From Octopus sinensis (taxonomy: Eukaryota), in the NCBI RefSeq assembly GCF_006345805.1, contig NC_043019.1, forward strand, positions 26,597,360-26,661,359: 64,000 nucleotides of DNA, read 5' to 3'. Shown here in pieces: positions 13,604 through 28,100 of this stretch. The position numbers and the translations under genes were made by a program. How positions within the stretch are numbered: position 1 is the first letter of the stretch; each line of letters opens with the position of its first letter. The notes under the pieces are model-generated. The model was given only the letters and a program-made list of their open reading frames with translations, had not been told where the DNA came from and searched no databases.

Positions 13604-16600
13604 GTTTCTTTATTTGCCACAAGGTCAATATATGAGAGGACATTAAAATAACCCAATTTGTATTTGCCGTTTATTTCTATAGAACAAAGAAGATTTGGAC
13701 TTCATAAGATTAAGAGCTATGTTTGATGTTCATCTTGTTCCTGTCAATGAATTAGCTTTCACCCAAGCGATAAACATACAAGTGAGTAACAACTCTATTT
13801 ATTATCTTTTATGTTTTGTTTCAGCCATTGGGCTGTGGTGGTACTGGGGTACTGTGGTGATGCTGGGGTACTGTGGTAATGCTGGAGTACTGCGGTGATG
13901 CTGGAGTACTGTCATGATGTTGGGGTACAGTGGTGATGCTGGGGTACTATGGTGATGCTGGGGTACTGTCATGATGTTGGGGTACAGTGGTGATGCTGGG
14001 GTATTGTGGTGATGCTGGGGTACTGTCTTGATGTTAGGGTACAGTGGTGATGCTGGGGTACTGTGGTACTGCTGGGATACTGTGTAATGCTGGGGTACTG
14101 TGTGATGCTGGGGTACTGTGGTAATGCTGGAGTACTGCGGTGATGCTGGAGTACTGTCATGATGTTGGGGTACAGTGGTGATGCTGGGGTACTATGGTGA
14201 TGCTGGGGTACTGTCATGATGTTGGGGTACAGTGGTGATGCTGGGGTATTGTGGTGATGCTGGGGTACTGTCTTGATGTTAGGGTACAGTGGTGATGCTG
14301 GGGTACTGTGGTACTGCTGGGATACTGTGGTAATGCTGGGGTACTGTGGTGATGCAGGGGTACTGTGGTGATGCTGGGGTACTGTGGTAATGCTGGGGTA
14401 TTGTGGTGATGCTGGGGTACTGTCTTGATGTTAGGGTACAGTGGTGATGCTGGGGTACTGTGGTACTGCTGGGATACTGTGGTAATGCTGGGGTACTGTG
14501 GTGATGCAGGGGTACTGTGGTGATGCAGGGGTACTGTGGTGATGCAGGGGTACTGTGGTGATACTGGGGTACTCTGGTGATGCAGGGGTACTGTGGTGAT
14601 GCTAGGGTACTGTCTTGATGTTGGGGTACAGTGGTGATGCTGGGGTACTGTGGTGGTGCTGGGGTACTGTGGTGGTGCTGGGGTACTGTGGTGGTACTGG
14701 GGTACTGGGGTAATGCTGGGGTACTGTGGTGATGCTGGGGTACTATAGTAACTTGCTACTCTTGTGAGGAGGGTGTCTGGACATTTAGCTGGATTAAAGA
14801 CATGTTGAAGGATGGATGAACTTCTTGTGGGTCAATAATGGCCATCCAGTTAAAAAAGGGCAATGGCAAACCAGTCCAAGAAACCACTATGAGAAAGTCA
14901 GAACAAATTAATGCTATGGCTAAATATTTTCTATACAGTTTAATATCTAAAATAATTTCTTTCTTCATATTTCAGGGACCTTTGGCGTTTTTAATTTTGG
15001 AAGAAATTGTTGGAGAAGAGAAACTGAAAGAAGGCATCAGGGTAAACATTTAGAAATATTTTCCTTAAGTGAGATCAAAGTAAATCTAGATAAATTTTTT
15101 CCACCACTGTCTAGGGGAAAAAGGACTGGCCACATTAAGGAGCCCTGCTCTATACAATGGCAAATATATTCAGATATATTCAGTTATGTAACAAACAGAA
15201 ACATCAGCCATTTGATGAAGTTATTTGTTTTTAAGCTTGCTTCCCTTCTTTACAGATATTTTTGAAAAAATATAAATTGGAAAATGCTGGGGAAGAGGAA
15301 TTCTGGGATTGCTTTGAAAAGGTGAGTATGAATGAGTTAAATGCAGTAATTGTTTTGTTTTCACTTTTCATAAATAATTCTACACCAAACATAACAACCA
15401 AGAAGAAACTAAGGTCAGCTGGAATATGAGTTTTTTAGATGGCAGGCTCAACTCTACTGTAATATATTTGGCATGGGTTTTAGTTGCTAATCTTTGTTGG
15501 TAGTTCACAGTATTAAGTTCACTACATGTGAAGACGAGAATGTCCACACTAATTGATTGATTGATTGATTGATTCTAGTTTCAGCTCACGAGCTGTGGCC
15601 ATGCTGGGGCACTGCCATTTGGTGTTGCTACATGGTTTTACTTCACGAATGCTTTTTAGCAACTGCCATTTGGTGCATGAGAGAGTTCGATGCAGTTGCC
15701 CTCATCTGCACCTCCTGCCGTGAAGTTGGTTCATCTGGGATACCTGACAAGAAGAGATCCAGTTTCATTTTAAAGACATCTGCATCCACCCCATGCAGGT
15801 CTCTTAGGTTCTTCGGGAGGATATTGAAGAGCTGTGGGCCTCGGAAGCCCAGGCTATCACAGTATCTTGTCCTACATCTTGATGGCAAATTTGGAGTCCT
15901 TGGCACCACACAGTGGCGCCCAGTTCTTTCTATTATTAACCCACATTGTTTATTGTTACATGTGTACATGTGTTTGATTAAATGGAATTACATTCATGGG
16001 ATAACAAACATTACAGTTTGAAATCTTCAGTTAGTTTAAAAGATGTACTGGGATCATCTGTTGCTGGAAAATTACTAATTAACTCATAATATTAACCCTT
16101 TAGCATTTAAACCGGCCATAGCCGGCCCAGATGTTCTACCTGATTTATGTTTAAAACAGCCAGATCCAGCCTCTCACACCTATCCTACAATGTCATTCTA
16201 AAAATGAGTAGCGAGATCATCAAAATCTCAAAGCAATGAAATTATGAATGATTAATTGAAAACAGTGTGATTAAATAATCATTGCAGTTGATGGAATAAT
16301 CTGGCGTAATGGTTACGAGCTTGGGCTACTAACCTCAAGATTCTGAGTTCGATTCCAGGCAGTGACCATAATAATAATAATAGGGGTTTGAATAGTTCAC
16401 CTCTGGAAACATGGGTGGTTCTTTCAACATCCTTAAACAACCCTTATTCAGGGACCGTTTGAGCGGGATGGGCTACTCAACCTGAAGAAAATTCTAACTG
16501 GGCCCCACCTGCAAGGTCATGTGCTGTTTATCTTGATATGAGATCACCATGTTGCACACATATGGTTGTGATGCATGTGCCTGGTGTACCTTTATCAGAC

Positions 16601-16679
16601 GGGTAGTCATGATGGGTATATTGGGCTTCGTATATTTTACCCCAGTGTCACTTTGATGGCATGAACTGCTCTCTCACTC

Positions 16680-16720
<41 letters not shown>

Positions 16721-18103
16721 CAACAACAACATTGAAAACTACCTTAAGAATGAGAACCCAGGTTTGAAATTTCCCGAAGACACCTGATGAAGGCTGGAGG
16801 GTATATCAGCCGAAACGTGTTAACAACAAACAAGATGAGGACAAATATCTGTCAAATGTAAATAATGTACATAATTCATCTCTTAAATATAGAACTGAAA
16901 TACTTTCCTCTCTGGCCAATCTAAATTCTAAATGGTCAAACATAAATTTTTATCTTTTAGTTTATGGAGAGAAAAGATCTATCAGTGAAAGAAATAATGA
17001 AACGATGGACAAGTCAAGAAAATTACCCTCTTGTTACTGTGAGTGGGATTAATTCAGGACAAACAGTACACGTCATGCAGGAGGCATTTTCATATGTAGA
17101 AGAAGATCAGTAAGTATGGATAGATTCTTTGTTTGATGGCAGCCATTGGGGGGGGGGGTCAAGAACCTAATTCAGGTCACAGGAAGATTTTATGAAAATG
17201 ATTACAAATAGCCTGGGCAAAGTTTAGAAAGCTTCTACCCCTACTGGTGACAAAGGGTCTCTTGCTCAGAGTAAAAGGTAGATTGTACGATGCATGTGTG
17301 CGAACTGCCATGCTTCACGGTAGTGAAACATGGGCTGTGACTGCAGAGGACATATGTAGGCTTGAAAGAAATGAAGCTAGCATGATCCGCTGGATGTGTA
17401 ATGTCAGTGTACACACATGACAGGGTGTAAGCGCCCCGAGAGAAATGCTGGAAAATACGAAGCATCAGATGTGGTGTGCAAGAGAGACGTTTGTGCTGGC
17501 ATGGTCATGTACTGCGGATGGATGAGGAGAGATGTGTGAAGAAGTACCACTCCCAAATGGTTGAAGGTATCAGGGGAAGAGGTAGACCCAGGAAGACATG
17601 GGATGAGGTGGTCAAGCATGACCTTCAAATGTTGGGCCTGACAGAGGCAATGACGAAAGACCTGACAAATAATGTGAGTTCATGGCTGTTTCCTGCACCA
17701 GTTTCGCATAGCCCCAGCCCATCCAAAGTACCTTGGATTGCAGAACAACCTGCTGTGCTTACCTTGGATCGTAGGGTGACCTGCTGTGCTTCAGGAGACC
17801 TATTGAGTCAAGTACATCAACATCAAAATAAATATCAAATGGAAATTGTAGCTGTGATACCTGTGGCAGTGGCACGTAAAAAGCACCATCCAAACGTGGC
17901 CAATGCCAGTGCCACCTTGACTGGCTTCTGTGCCGGTAGCACGTAAAAAGCACCCACTACACTTACGGAGTAGTTGGCATTAGGAAGGGCATCCAGCTGT
18001 AGAAACACTGCCAGATCAGACTGGAGTCTGGTGCAGCCTCCTGGCTTCCCAGACCCCGGTCGAACCGTCCAACCTGTGCTAGCACGGAAAACGGATGTTA
18101 AAC

Positions 18104-18134
<31 letters not shown>

Positions 18135-18378
18135 AGGCCCTTGCACAATGTGGCTTTAACCTTTTATGTGTTTCCTTCATTGGACAGTGATCACACTGGG
18201 GCACCAACATGAAAGGGTTCAGTCAAATGAATGGACTCCAATAGTTTTTTTTTTTTTAAAGCCCTGGTGCTTATTCTCTTGGTCTCTCTTGCCAAACTGC
18301 GAAGTTACAGGAGCATAAACAAACCAACACTGGTTGTCAAGTAGTGGTTGGAGACACGCAAACATAGAGATGTGCATG

Positions 18379-18412
<34 letters not shown>

Positions 18413-20156
18413 AGCATACACATGTATATATTCACACACATACACATGATGGGCTTTTTTCAGTTTCTCTTCACCAAATCCATTCATGAGTCTTTGGTCA
18501 GCCATGGGCTATAGTAGAGGACACTTGTCCAAGTTGCCACACAACGAAAACAATTAATTGCTTCTGACCCTAGAGGAAGTAGGTTTTCCTTGGACTGGGT
18601 CTGTCGCAGGTGAGCTGCTAGATGCAGGAGGAAGGAGTGAGAGAAAGTTGTGGCAAAAGAGTCAGCAGAAGTTTGCCATTACCTTCTGCTGGAGCCGCAT
18701 GGAGCTTAGGTGTTTCGCTCATAAGCACACACATCACTTGGTCTGAGATCTGAACCCACGATCCCTCGACCGCAAGTCCGCTGCTCTAATCACTCTGCCA
18801 TGTGCCTCCACAGCTACAAAGTTTGGCTTGATTAATTCAAATCAATATGGAAAATTAAGTATTCATCATCATCATCGTCGTTTAATGTCCATTTTCCATG
18901 CTGGCATGGGTTGGATGGTTCAACTGGGGTCTGGGAAGCCTGAAGGTTGCACCAGGCCCAGTCTGATCTGGCAATGTTTCTATGGCTGGGTGCCCTTCCT
19001 AACGCCAACCACGATTGGATGGTGCTTTTTATGTGCCACCGGCACGGGGGCCAGGCGAAGCTGGCAACGGCCACAAATGGATGGTGCTTTTTATGTGCCA
19101 CCGGCACGGGGGCCAGGCGAGGCTGGCAATGGCCACAAACGGATGGTGCTTTTTATGTGCCACCGGCACGGGGGCCAGGCGAGGCTGGCAACGGCCACGA
19201 TTGGATGGTGCTTTTTATGTGCCACCGGCACGGGGGCCAGGCGAGGCTGGCAACGGCCACAAATGGATGGTGCTTTTTATGTGCCACCGGCATGGGGGCC
19301 AGGCGAGGCTGGCAACGGCCACAAACGGATGGTGCTTTTTATGTGCCACCGGCATGGGGGCCAGGCGAGGCTGGCAAATGGCCACGATTGGATGGTGCTT
19401 TTTATGTGCCACCGGCACGGGGGCCAGGCAAGGCTGGCAAACGGCCACGAACGGATGGTGCTTTTTATGTGCCACCGGCATGGGGGCCAGGCGAGGCTGG
19501 CAACGGCCACGAACGGATGGTGCTTTTTATGTGCCACCGGTACGAGGCCAGTCGGGGCAATATTTGATGAAGTAATCTGAATGCCAAGAGGTTAACATAA
19601 CTAAATAATAGAAGTCAATTAGTAGGGTACTTATGCAGTTCTTTAATTATCAGAATAAAAACCTCCTCTGAAGTATCACAAAGTTCCTGTCCCTAATCTT
19701 TTGAATATATATTTCAAGTACTTTTAAGTGTTTCAGTCAAAAGTTCAACATTTTTTACAATAATTGAACCTGTCTCATTAGATAAATATGTGACTCTCAG
19801 GTTACTCAATTGCCACCTGCTTCTCCTCCACCGTTTGTCTTTATCATTTTCGTTTTACACTTTCACTGCAATGGTTTTCTTCCACTTTTATCTTTTTGAC
19901 TGCATTATTTTTTTATCAGGTGAATAACCTGCCAAAGTTGATCTTAGCTTTAATCTTTGTGGGTGGGGTCAGGTTGGGGGTGGGAGTATGGGGGAGTCAA
20001 TAAAACAAGTACCAGTTGAATACTGGGGTCGATGTAACTGACTTAGCCCCTCCCCCAACAATTTCTGGCCTTGTGCCAAAATTTGAAACCATTACTTTAT
20101 CAGGTAATGTGTGTGTGTGTGATTGTGTGTGTGTGTTGTGTGTGTGTGTGTATGTA

Positions 20157-20188
<32 letters not shown>

Positions 20189-20204
20189 TGTGTGTGTGTG
20201 TGTG

Positions 20205-20238
<34 letters not shown>

Positions 20239-21408
20239 AACAGGCTTCTTTCGGTTTCTGTCTACCAAATCCACTCACAAAGCTTTGGTTTGACTGAGAC
20301 TATAGTAAAGGCACGTGCCCAAGGTGGCACACAGTAGGACTGAACCCAGAACCATGTGGTTGGGAAGCAAGTTTCTTACCATTATATATATATATTTTTT
20401 TGACTGTGTGAAGGAAAACCTGACGAAACTGGATATGAACAAAAGTGATTGGGAAAATGATGTTCTAGATTGGAACAAGTGGAGAGGTGCTGTTAGGACT
20501 GGTAGCAATGCCTAGGAGCAAAAGATGATTCAGCACTCTGAGCTTAAAAGGGCCTGTCACAAAGGAACCAAGATCAACAATGAACAAGGGTGGCGAGCTG
20601 GCAGAGTCGTTAGCACGCCGGGCGAAATGCTTAGCGGTATTTCGTCGGCCGTTACGTTCTGAGTTCAAATTCCGCCGAGGTCAACTTTGCCTTTCATCCT
20701 TTCGGGGTCGATTAAATAAGTACCAGTTAGGCACTGGGGTTGATATATTCGACTTAATCCGTTTGTCTGTCCTTGTTTGTCCTCTCTGTGTTTAGCCCCT
20801 TGTAGGTAGTAAAGAAATAGGTATTGTGTCTGTCGTTACATTCTGAGTTCAAATTCCGCCGAGGTCAACTTTGCCTTTCATCCTTTCGGGGTCGATTAAA
20901 TAAGTACCAGTTACGCATTGAGGTCGATATAATCGATGTAATCCGTGTGTCTGTCCTTGTTTGTCCCCTCTGTGTTTAGCCCCTTGTGGGTAGTAAAGAA
21001 ATAGAGATCAACAATGAATATTGGATATGTATTATGTATGACTGGGTTCTGTTGTCAAAAGCAGGATACGTTAACCATAAGAAGTCACATGAAAAGTGAA
21101 ATGCCCAGGTAGGTGATGATCTTGGACATCAACGGCCTCTTACGACTTGTGTCATATGTCACAAAACTTGTAAGACAATATCTGGACTTGAAAGACATGT
21201 GCTAGGTCACAAAAACACTCCTACAGAATCAGATTACAAAGGGCAAAGATGTAGAAGAAACTTGAATTGTATCTGTTACTTGTGTTTTAAAACTTGTCAG
21301 TCTGCAGCTGATCTTAACAGTCATCTAATGGCTCATCGATGAAGTGATTGTGTGGGGTGATGGGGTGTAATGTGTGTGTTCATCTGTCAAGATGAAGCAA
21401 TCATCATT

Positions 21409-21478
<70 letters not shown>

Positions 21479-22136
21479 TGTATATGTACATATATGTATG
21501 TATATGTATGTATATGTATATATATATGTATATGTGGTGATATGATGACCTCCTTCGCTCAGACACTGACCATGGGTTTGCACCTAGAGAGTTACCCTCT
21601 GAGGCACAAGTCTGGGCAAGGTTGTTTTTTTGTGGAAGACCAGCAGTCGCCCATGCATACCGGCCTCCCCTCTCCATGTCACCGATGTTGTCCAAGGGAA
21701 AGGCAATGGCCGATACAGCTTGGCACCTGTGACGTCGCAACTCATTTCTACAGCTGAGTGAACTGGAGCAACGTGAAATAAAGTGTCTTGCTCAAGAACA
21801 CAACACGCAGCCCTGTCCGGGATTCGAGCTCACAACCTCACGATTGTAAGCTCGATGCTCTAACCACTGAGCCATGCGCCTTCACTTATCAAAATGTATC
21901 AAAAATATATCAAATATATCAGTCTAACTCATGTTTGGTATAAACCCATTTACAGCAGCTTTTGATACAATCTCACTATGGTCAATTAAGTAAACACTTG
22001 TTGATAAGAGTGAAATGGTGCCATTTCACAGCAAAGTTGTACAAACATGACAGGTGTTTATCACCATTTAATGTATCGAATGGATTTAACTCAGTGATGA
22101 CTAAAATCTATGCACTTACCACACAGTAAAGTTTAT

Positions 22137-22169
<33 letters not shown>

Positions 22170-25100
22170 CCCCCACTCAAATGACATACTTTTCAAATTT
22201 TTAGTGGTAAATGGATCATCCCATTCACTTTGTCTGATTCTGAAAACAGGACCGGAAGACATTTCTATCTCCAACCTGAAACCAGTAAGAAAATCCTTTT
22301 ATTTGTTGCAATTATTTCAATGAATTGATTGAGCTTGCTTTTTCTCTTTTTCCTTTTTTTTTGAATTCTTTTGTTTTTACACTCCTCCTCCTCTTACTCC
22401 CCTCCTCCTCCTCCTTCTCCCCCTCCCCTCCCCCTCCTCCAACCCATCCCCAACTCCTCCCTCCTCCTCCTCCTCCTCCTCCTCCTCCTCTTCTTTCATC
22501 CCACCCTCCTCCCCTTCTCATCTTCCTCTGCTTTCTCCTTCTTCTCTTTCTCCTCCACTTCCCCTTTCTCTTCCTCCTCCTCTTCTTTCTCCCCACCTCT
22601 CCTCCTCCTCCTCCTCCACTTCCTCTTCCTCTTTCTCCCTCACCTCTCCCCATCCTTCTTCTTTATCCCCTCTTTTCCTTCTCCTCCTCCTACTCTTCTT
22701 CCTCCTCCTCCTCTTTCTCCTTCACTCTCTTTTTCTCCTTCACTCTCTTTTTCTCCTCCTCTTCTTTCATCCCACCCTCCTCCCCTTCTCATCTTCCTCT
22801 GCTTTCTCCTTCTTCTCTTTCTCCTCCACTTCCCCTTTCTCTTCCTCCTCCTCTTCTTTCTCCCCACCTCTCCTCCTCCCTTTTTTCCTCTTCCTCTTCC
22901 TTCTCCACCACCACCACCACCGGCCTCAGCAGCTCTGGCAGAAGGTATTGGTGAACCTCTGCTAATGTTCAGTCCTTGAGGTTTAACACTCTCTAATTTC
23001 GTGACCTTTTGACCCTCAGTGAACTTCCCTTGCCTCAAGTCAGGAACCACCCATTGCTAAATCTCCGTCCTTTTGCCCTTTCAGGTACAGACATCTCTCT
23101 GAATAAACCACAATGGTACATTGCCAATAACCACGGCTTCTATCGTGTTAACTATGACACCACCAACTGGCAGAACCTCATACACCAGCTCATGCAAGAT
23201 CACACGGTCAGTGAAAGGACATCACCTACTTTCTCACTATTGTTCATTATGTTCCGACTGTTCCCCTCTCTCTCTCTTTCGGAGAGGCACAAGCACCTAC
23301 ACGCACACATACACACACGGCAGTAACTTCCACCTACCGAATTCAATCACAAAGCTCCGGTCAGCTCGGGGCTATAGTGGAAGACACCTACCCAAAGTGC
23401 CACGCAGTGGGACTGAACCCGAAACCATGTAGCTAGGAAGCAAGCTCCCTAACCACACAGCCATTACTTGTGGAGGTACGTGGCTTAGTGGTTAGGGTGT
23501 TGGACTTATGATTGTAATATTGCGGTTTCAATTCCTGGACTGGGCAATGCATTGTATCCTTGAGCAAAACACTTCATTCCGTGTTGCTCCAGTCCACTCA
23601 GCTGGCAAAAAGAAGTAATCCTGTAATGGACCGGTGCCCCCATCCAAGGCCGGTGGTGGGGGGGATATATATGACATAAAACTGGGAAATCGGCCCTTAT
23701 GAGTCAGCATAACTCAAGAAGGTAACTTACCTTTTTAAGTAGAGGCACATGGCTCAGTGGTTAGAATGTTGGGCTCACAATCATGAGGTAGTAAGTTTGA
23801 TTCCCGGACTGGGCTGTGTGTTGTGTTCTTGAGTAAGACACTTTATTTCACGTTGCTCCAGTTCACTCAGCTGTAGATATGAATAGTGATGCTGCTGGTG
23901 CCAAGCTTTATCAGCCCCTTTGCCTTTCCCTTGGATAACATCAGTGGTATGGAGAGGGGAGGCTGATATGCATGGATGACTGCTGGCCATCCATAAACAA
24001 CCTTACTTCTTTATTGCCCACAAGGGGCTAAACATAGAGGGGACAAACAAGGACAGACAAAGGGATTAAGTTGATTACATTGACCCAGTGCGTAACTGGT
24101 ACTTTATTTATCAACCCCGAAAGGACGAAAGGCAAAGTTGACCTCGGCAGAATTTAAACTCAGAACATAAAGACAGGTGAAATACCTATTTCTTTACTAC
24201 CCACAAGGGGCTAAACATAGAGGGAACAAACAAGGACAGACAAATGGATTAAGTCGATTATATTGACCCCAGTGCGTAACTGGTACTTATTTAATCGACC
24301 CCGAAAGGATGAAAGGCAAAGTTGACCTCGGCAGAATTTGAACTCAGAACATAACAGCAGACAAAATACCACTAAGCATTTCGCCTAGCGTTCTAATGTT
24401 TCTGCCAGCTCACTGCCTTAACAACCTTGTCCAGACTTGTGCCTTGGAAGGGAACTTTCTCATGGACATTCATAACTAAAGAGGGTCTTAACCCTTTACC
24501 CTACATACATATTATGATGTGGAGCAGGGAGACTGGCATGCATGGGAGACTGCTGGTCTTTCATAAACAACCTTGCTTGGACTTGTGCCTCAGTGGGGAA
24601 CTTTCTATGTGCAATACCATAGTCATTCATGACCGAAGGGGGTCTTTACCTTTTTTGCATTTTTTCTTACAATCCACCACCATCACCACCACCACCACCA
24701 CCACCACTAAATCACCATTCACCAATTATAATTTCAGGCCATCACGCCGGTCCAGAGAACCAATCTTATATCTGATTCATGGGCCCTGGTCAAGTAAGTA
24801 AAACCCAAATACTGTAACCTTACAAGGACTCAGTGAGGGGTTCACATTTTTAATCTCATGATTACCAAAAGTTTTGCTGTTGTGTTGTTGTTGTCAGTCT
24901 TCATATCAGCCTAGATCCATTGAGGCCATTCCAGCTGTGACCATCCTGTCTTCTTTCACCAAACAACATAATCCAACACATCTTTATTTTAAGACTTGTG
25001 GTCGAGGGATCGTGGATTCAGATCTCAGACCGGGCAATGTGTGTGTTTATGAGTGAAACACCTAAGCTCCATGCAGGTCTGGCAGAAGGTATTGGTGAAC

Positions 25101-28100
25101 CTCTGCTGACTTTTTCACCTCAACTTTCTCTCACTCTTTCCTCCGGCGTCTAGCAGTTCACATGTGATGGACCGGTGTATCATCCAGGTGGGGAACCTAT
25201 ACGCCAATGAAATCAGGAAACCGGCCCTTATGAGCCAGGCATGGCTAACAACAATTTCATTAGTTACCCAACTGCAGCAGTATATGCTACCCAACAACAT
25301 AGGCTACCCAACTGCATCATCATCATCGTCGTCGTCGTCGTCGTCGTCATCATCATCATCATCATCATCATCAACATAAACTAATGAGAGCCTCTACATG
25401 ATTGCACAATCTGTTAAAAACAGCAGCCAAATTTTTCCCTCAAATAACACTATACTGTCTTAATAAAAAAAATTAACACACTTGATAGTGTAGTCCTAGA
25501 TACACCATGTCTGACAAAAAGTGATAGACGGACATGGACAGAGCATCTTTCGCTATTAGTCTACTTGTTCAGGGCTGGCCTAGGGATAAACTACTGCCAC
25601 TGCTATCACCACCAATACTATCCCCCCACCACCTTCACCACCACCTCCACCACCCATGGACTTGGGGACAGCAAGAGACCCTCCACATGACCATCCCATA
25701 TATAGCACCAAAATCTTTATCAATTCAAATAATCATCTCAGAAAAGGAAGGACACATTAGCTAGCGTAGTCCTTGGTAGACTGTGTCTAAATGAGAAGAG
25801 ACAGGAAATGATCATAGAATCATAAGTTTGATTATAAGTCAGCTGGATTATCTGACCTGGGGCCAAACAATAACAATTACAAAAAGCACAGCTGCCCTAC
25901 TACCACCGCTACCGCCACCACCCTGACCATACTACCATCATCATCACTATATCACCACCACCATACACCACCACACACTACCTATAACACTACACCACCA
26001 TTACCATCAAACATTGCCTTCACCATCACCACCACCACCACCACCACCACCACCACCCTGACCATACTACCATCATCATCACTATATCACCACCACCACC
26101 ATACACTACCTACAACACTACACCACCACTACCATCAAACATTGCCTTCAGCATCACCACCCTGACCATACTACCATCATCGTCACTATATCACCACCAC
26201 CATACACCACCACACACGACCTACAACACTACACCACCACTACCATCAAACATTGCCTTCACCATCACCACCACCACCACCACACACCACCACACACCAC
26301 CTACAACACTACACCACCACTACCATCAAACATTGCCTTCACCATCACCACCACCACCACCACCATTACCACACTTTCTAACATGTCCATGTTTGCCTCT
26401 GGTACTCTTTTACAGATCCAATAAGTTAGATGTGAACATCTTCCTGAGTCTTCTTGACTATATGAACAAAGAAACTGAGTACTTACCCTGGATGGCTTTC
26501 TTTGGGGCCACTTCTGAACTCTTCAGTTACTCAAGCCAATCTGAGAATCTTCCCACTTATTTGGTATGCTTGGCTTTTGTCTTTATTGTCCACCCATCCA
26601 TTACTGTCTTTATTGTCCATCCGTCAATTTTTGTCTTTATTGTCCATCCATCCATTGTTGTCTTTATTGTCCACCCTTCCATTTTTTTCTTTATTGTCCA
26701 TCCGTCCATTTTTGTCTTTATTGTCATAATTTAAAGAGAAATCATTAATGTTGATGACAATTTCAGTCAGAAAAGGGCAAGGGAGGGAACTTTGAAATTT
26801 AAATGAATTAAAAATTAAATGATGACAAGCTGTGCGAAGTGTGCCTAATGTTTAGCAAGTAAGGGAGATGACTGTGAACATGTTTGAGTCATATTAGACC
26901 TCATCAATGTCATATAGTGGAAACAAGTGGGAACCAGATTTTAGTATGACCTGAGTTGGATCATCAATTTTGCAGTCTGTGGCTGCTTTGAGAGTTTTAC
27001 TTCCATCACTTACTTTTCTAACCCAATTATTTAATTTTTACAGTATTTCTTCCAAGAAAAGATTAAAAATATTTACCAAAAAGTGGCTTGGATTGATCAC
27101 GGCTTGAGTTTGAATGACAGGTAAGGAAAATCAGATTTTCTTTGTTGTATAACTTGGTAAAAGCAAGCAAAATCTCCCATTACACTCAATGATGAGTATC
27201 TTAGTTATTTGAGCAATGGAACTGCCTACTCACTGTACTATAGTAACCGAGTATTCCACATACCCTTGTATGCTTAATGTAATCTCCTCCACCCAAATAT
27301 TGTGTGTGAAATGGTTGGCCCTTTAGTTGCAAATAAAACCTGTCTTGTATTGGTATAATTATACTATAACCAGTCTTGTATAGTTACACTGTTGAAGGTG
27401 GTGGCAAGCTGGCAGAAACGTTAGCACGCTGGGTGAAATGCTTTGTAGTATTTCGTCTGCCGCTACATTCTGAGTTCAAATTCTGCCGAGGTCGACTTTG
27501 GTTTTCATCCTTTCGGAGTTGATAAATTAAGTACTATTTACATACTGGGGTCGATGTAATCGACTTAATCCCTTTGTCTGTCCTTGTTTGTCCCCTCTAT
27601 GTTTAGCCCCTTGTGGACAATAAAGAAATAAGAAACGTTAGCACGCCGGGTGGAATGCTTAGCAGTATTTCATCTGTCTTTATGTTCTGAATTCAAATTC
27701 TGCCAAGGTTGACTTTCATCCTTTAAGGGTTGATAAATTAAGTACCAGTTCCATACTGAGGTTGATCTAATTGACTGGCCCCCCCTCCCTAAAAATTTCA
27801 GGCTTCAAAGAAATCTAAGAAAATGTGACTAGACAGCTGCTCGTTATCCAAAGAAAACGAGTTTCAGGAATACTTCCATCAACGGAAATGACACTGGATA
27901 AAATGTGTAGCTTTGGAAGGGAACAACTTTGAAGGGGATTAAATGCTGAAGTAATAGGTGTTGTAGTTTTGCCGAGCTCTAATTGTGGAGGGAACCTGTG
28001 GAAGGGGTAGTGGGACGAGGTGGTGAAAAAGGAAGTTCAGATGCTGGGACTCACTGAGGAAATGACAAGGGACCAGGAGATGTGGCAATTTGCTGTACTT

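Noticed and set aside
18828-19580. Three overlapping 186-250-aa ORFs; superficially CRISPR-like regular repeat
   Set aside because: The units are contiguous with no unique spacers, and the ORFs are by-products of a 62-bp tandem array derived from a TE tail.
22312-23050. Long Pro/Ser/Leu- or Gly/Arg-rich ORFs
   Set aside because: They translate a CT-rich microsatellite; no splice or homology support.
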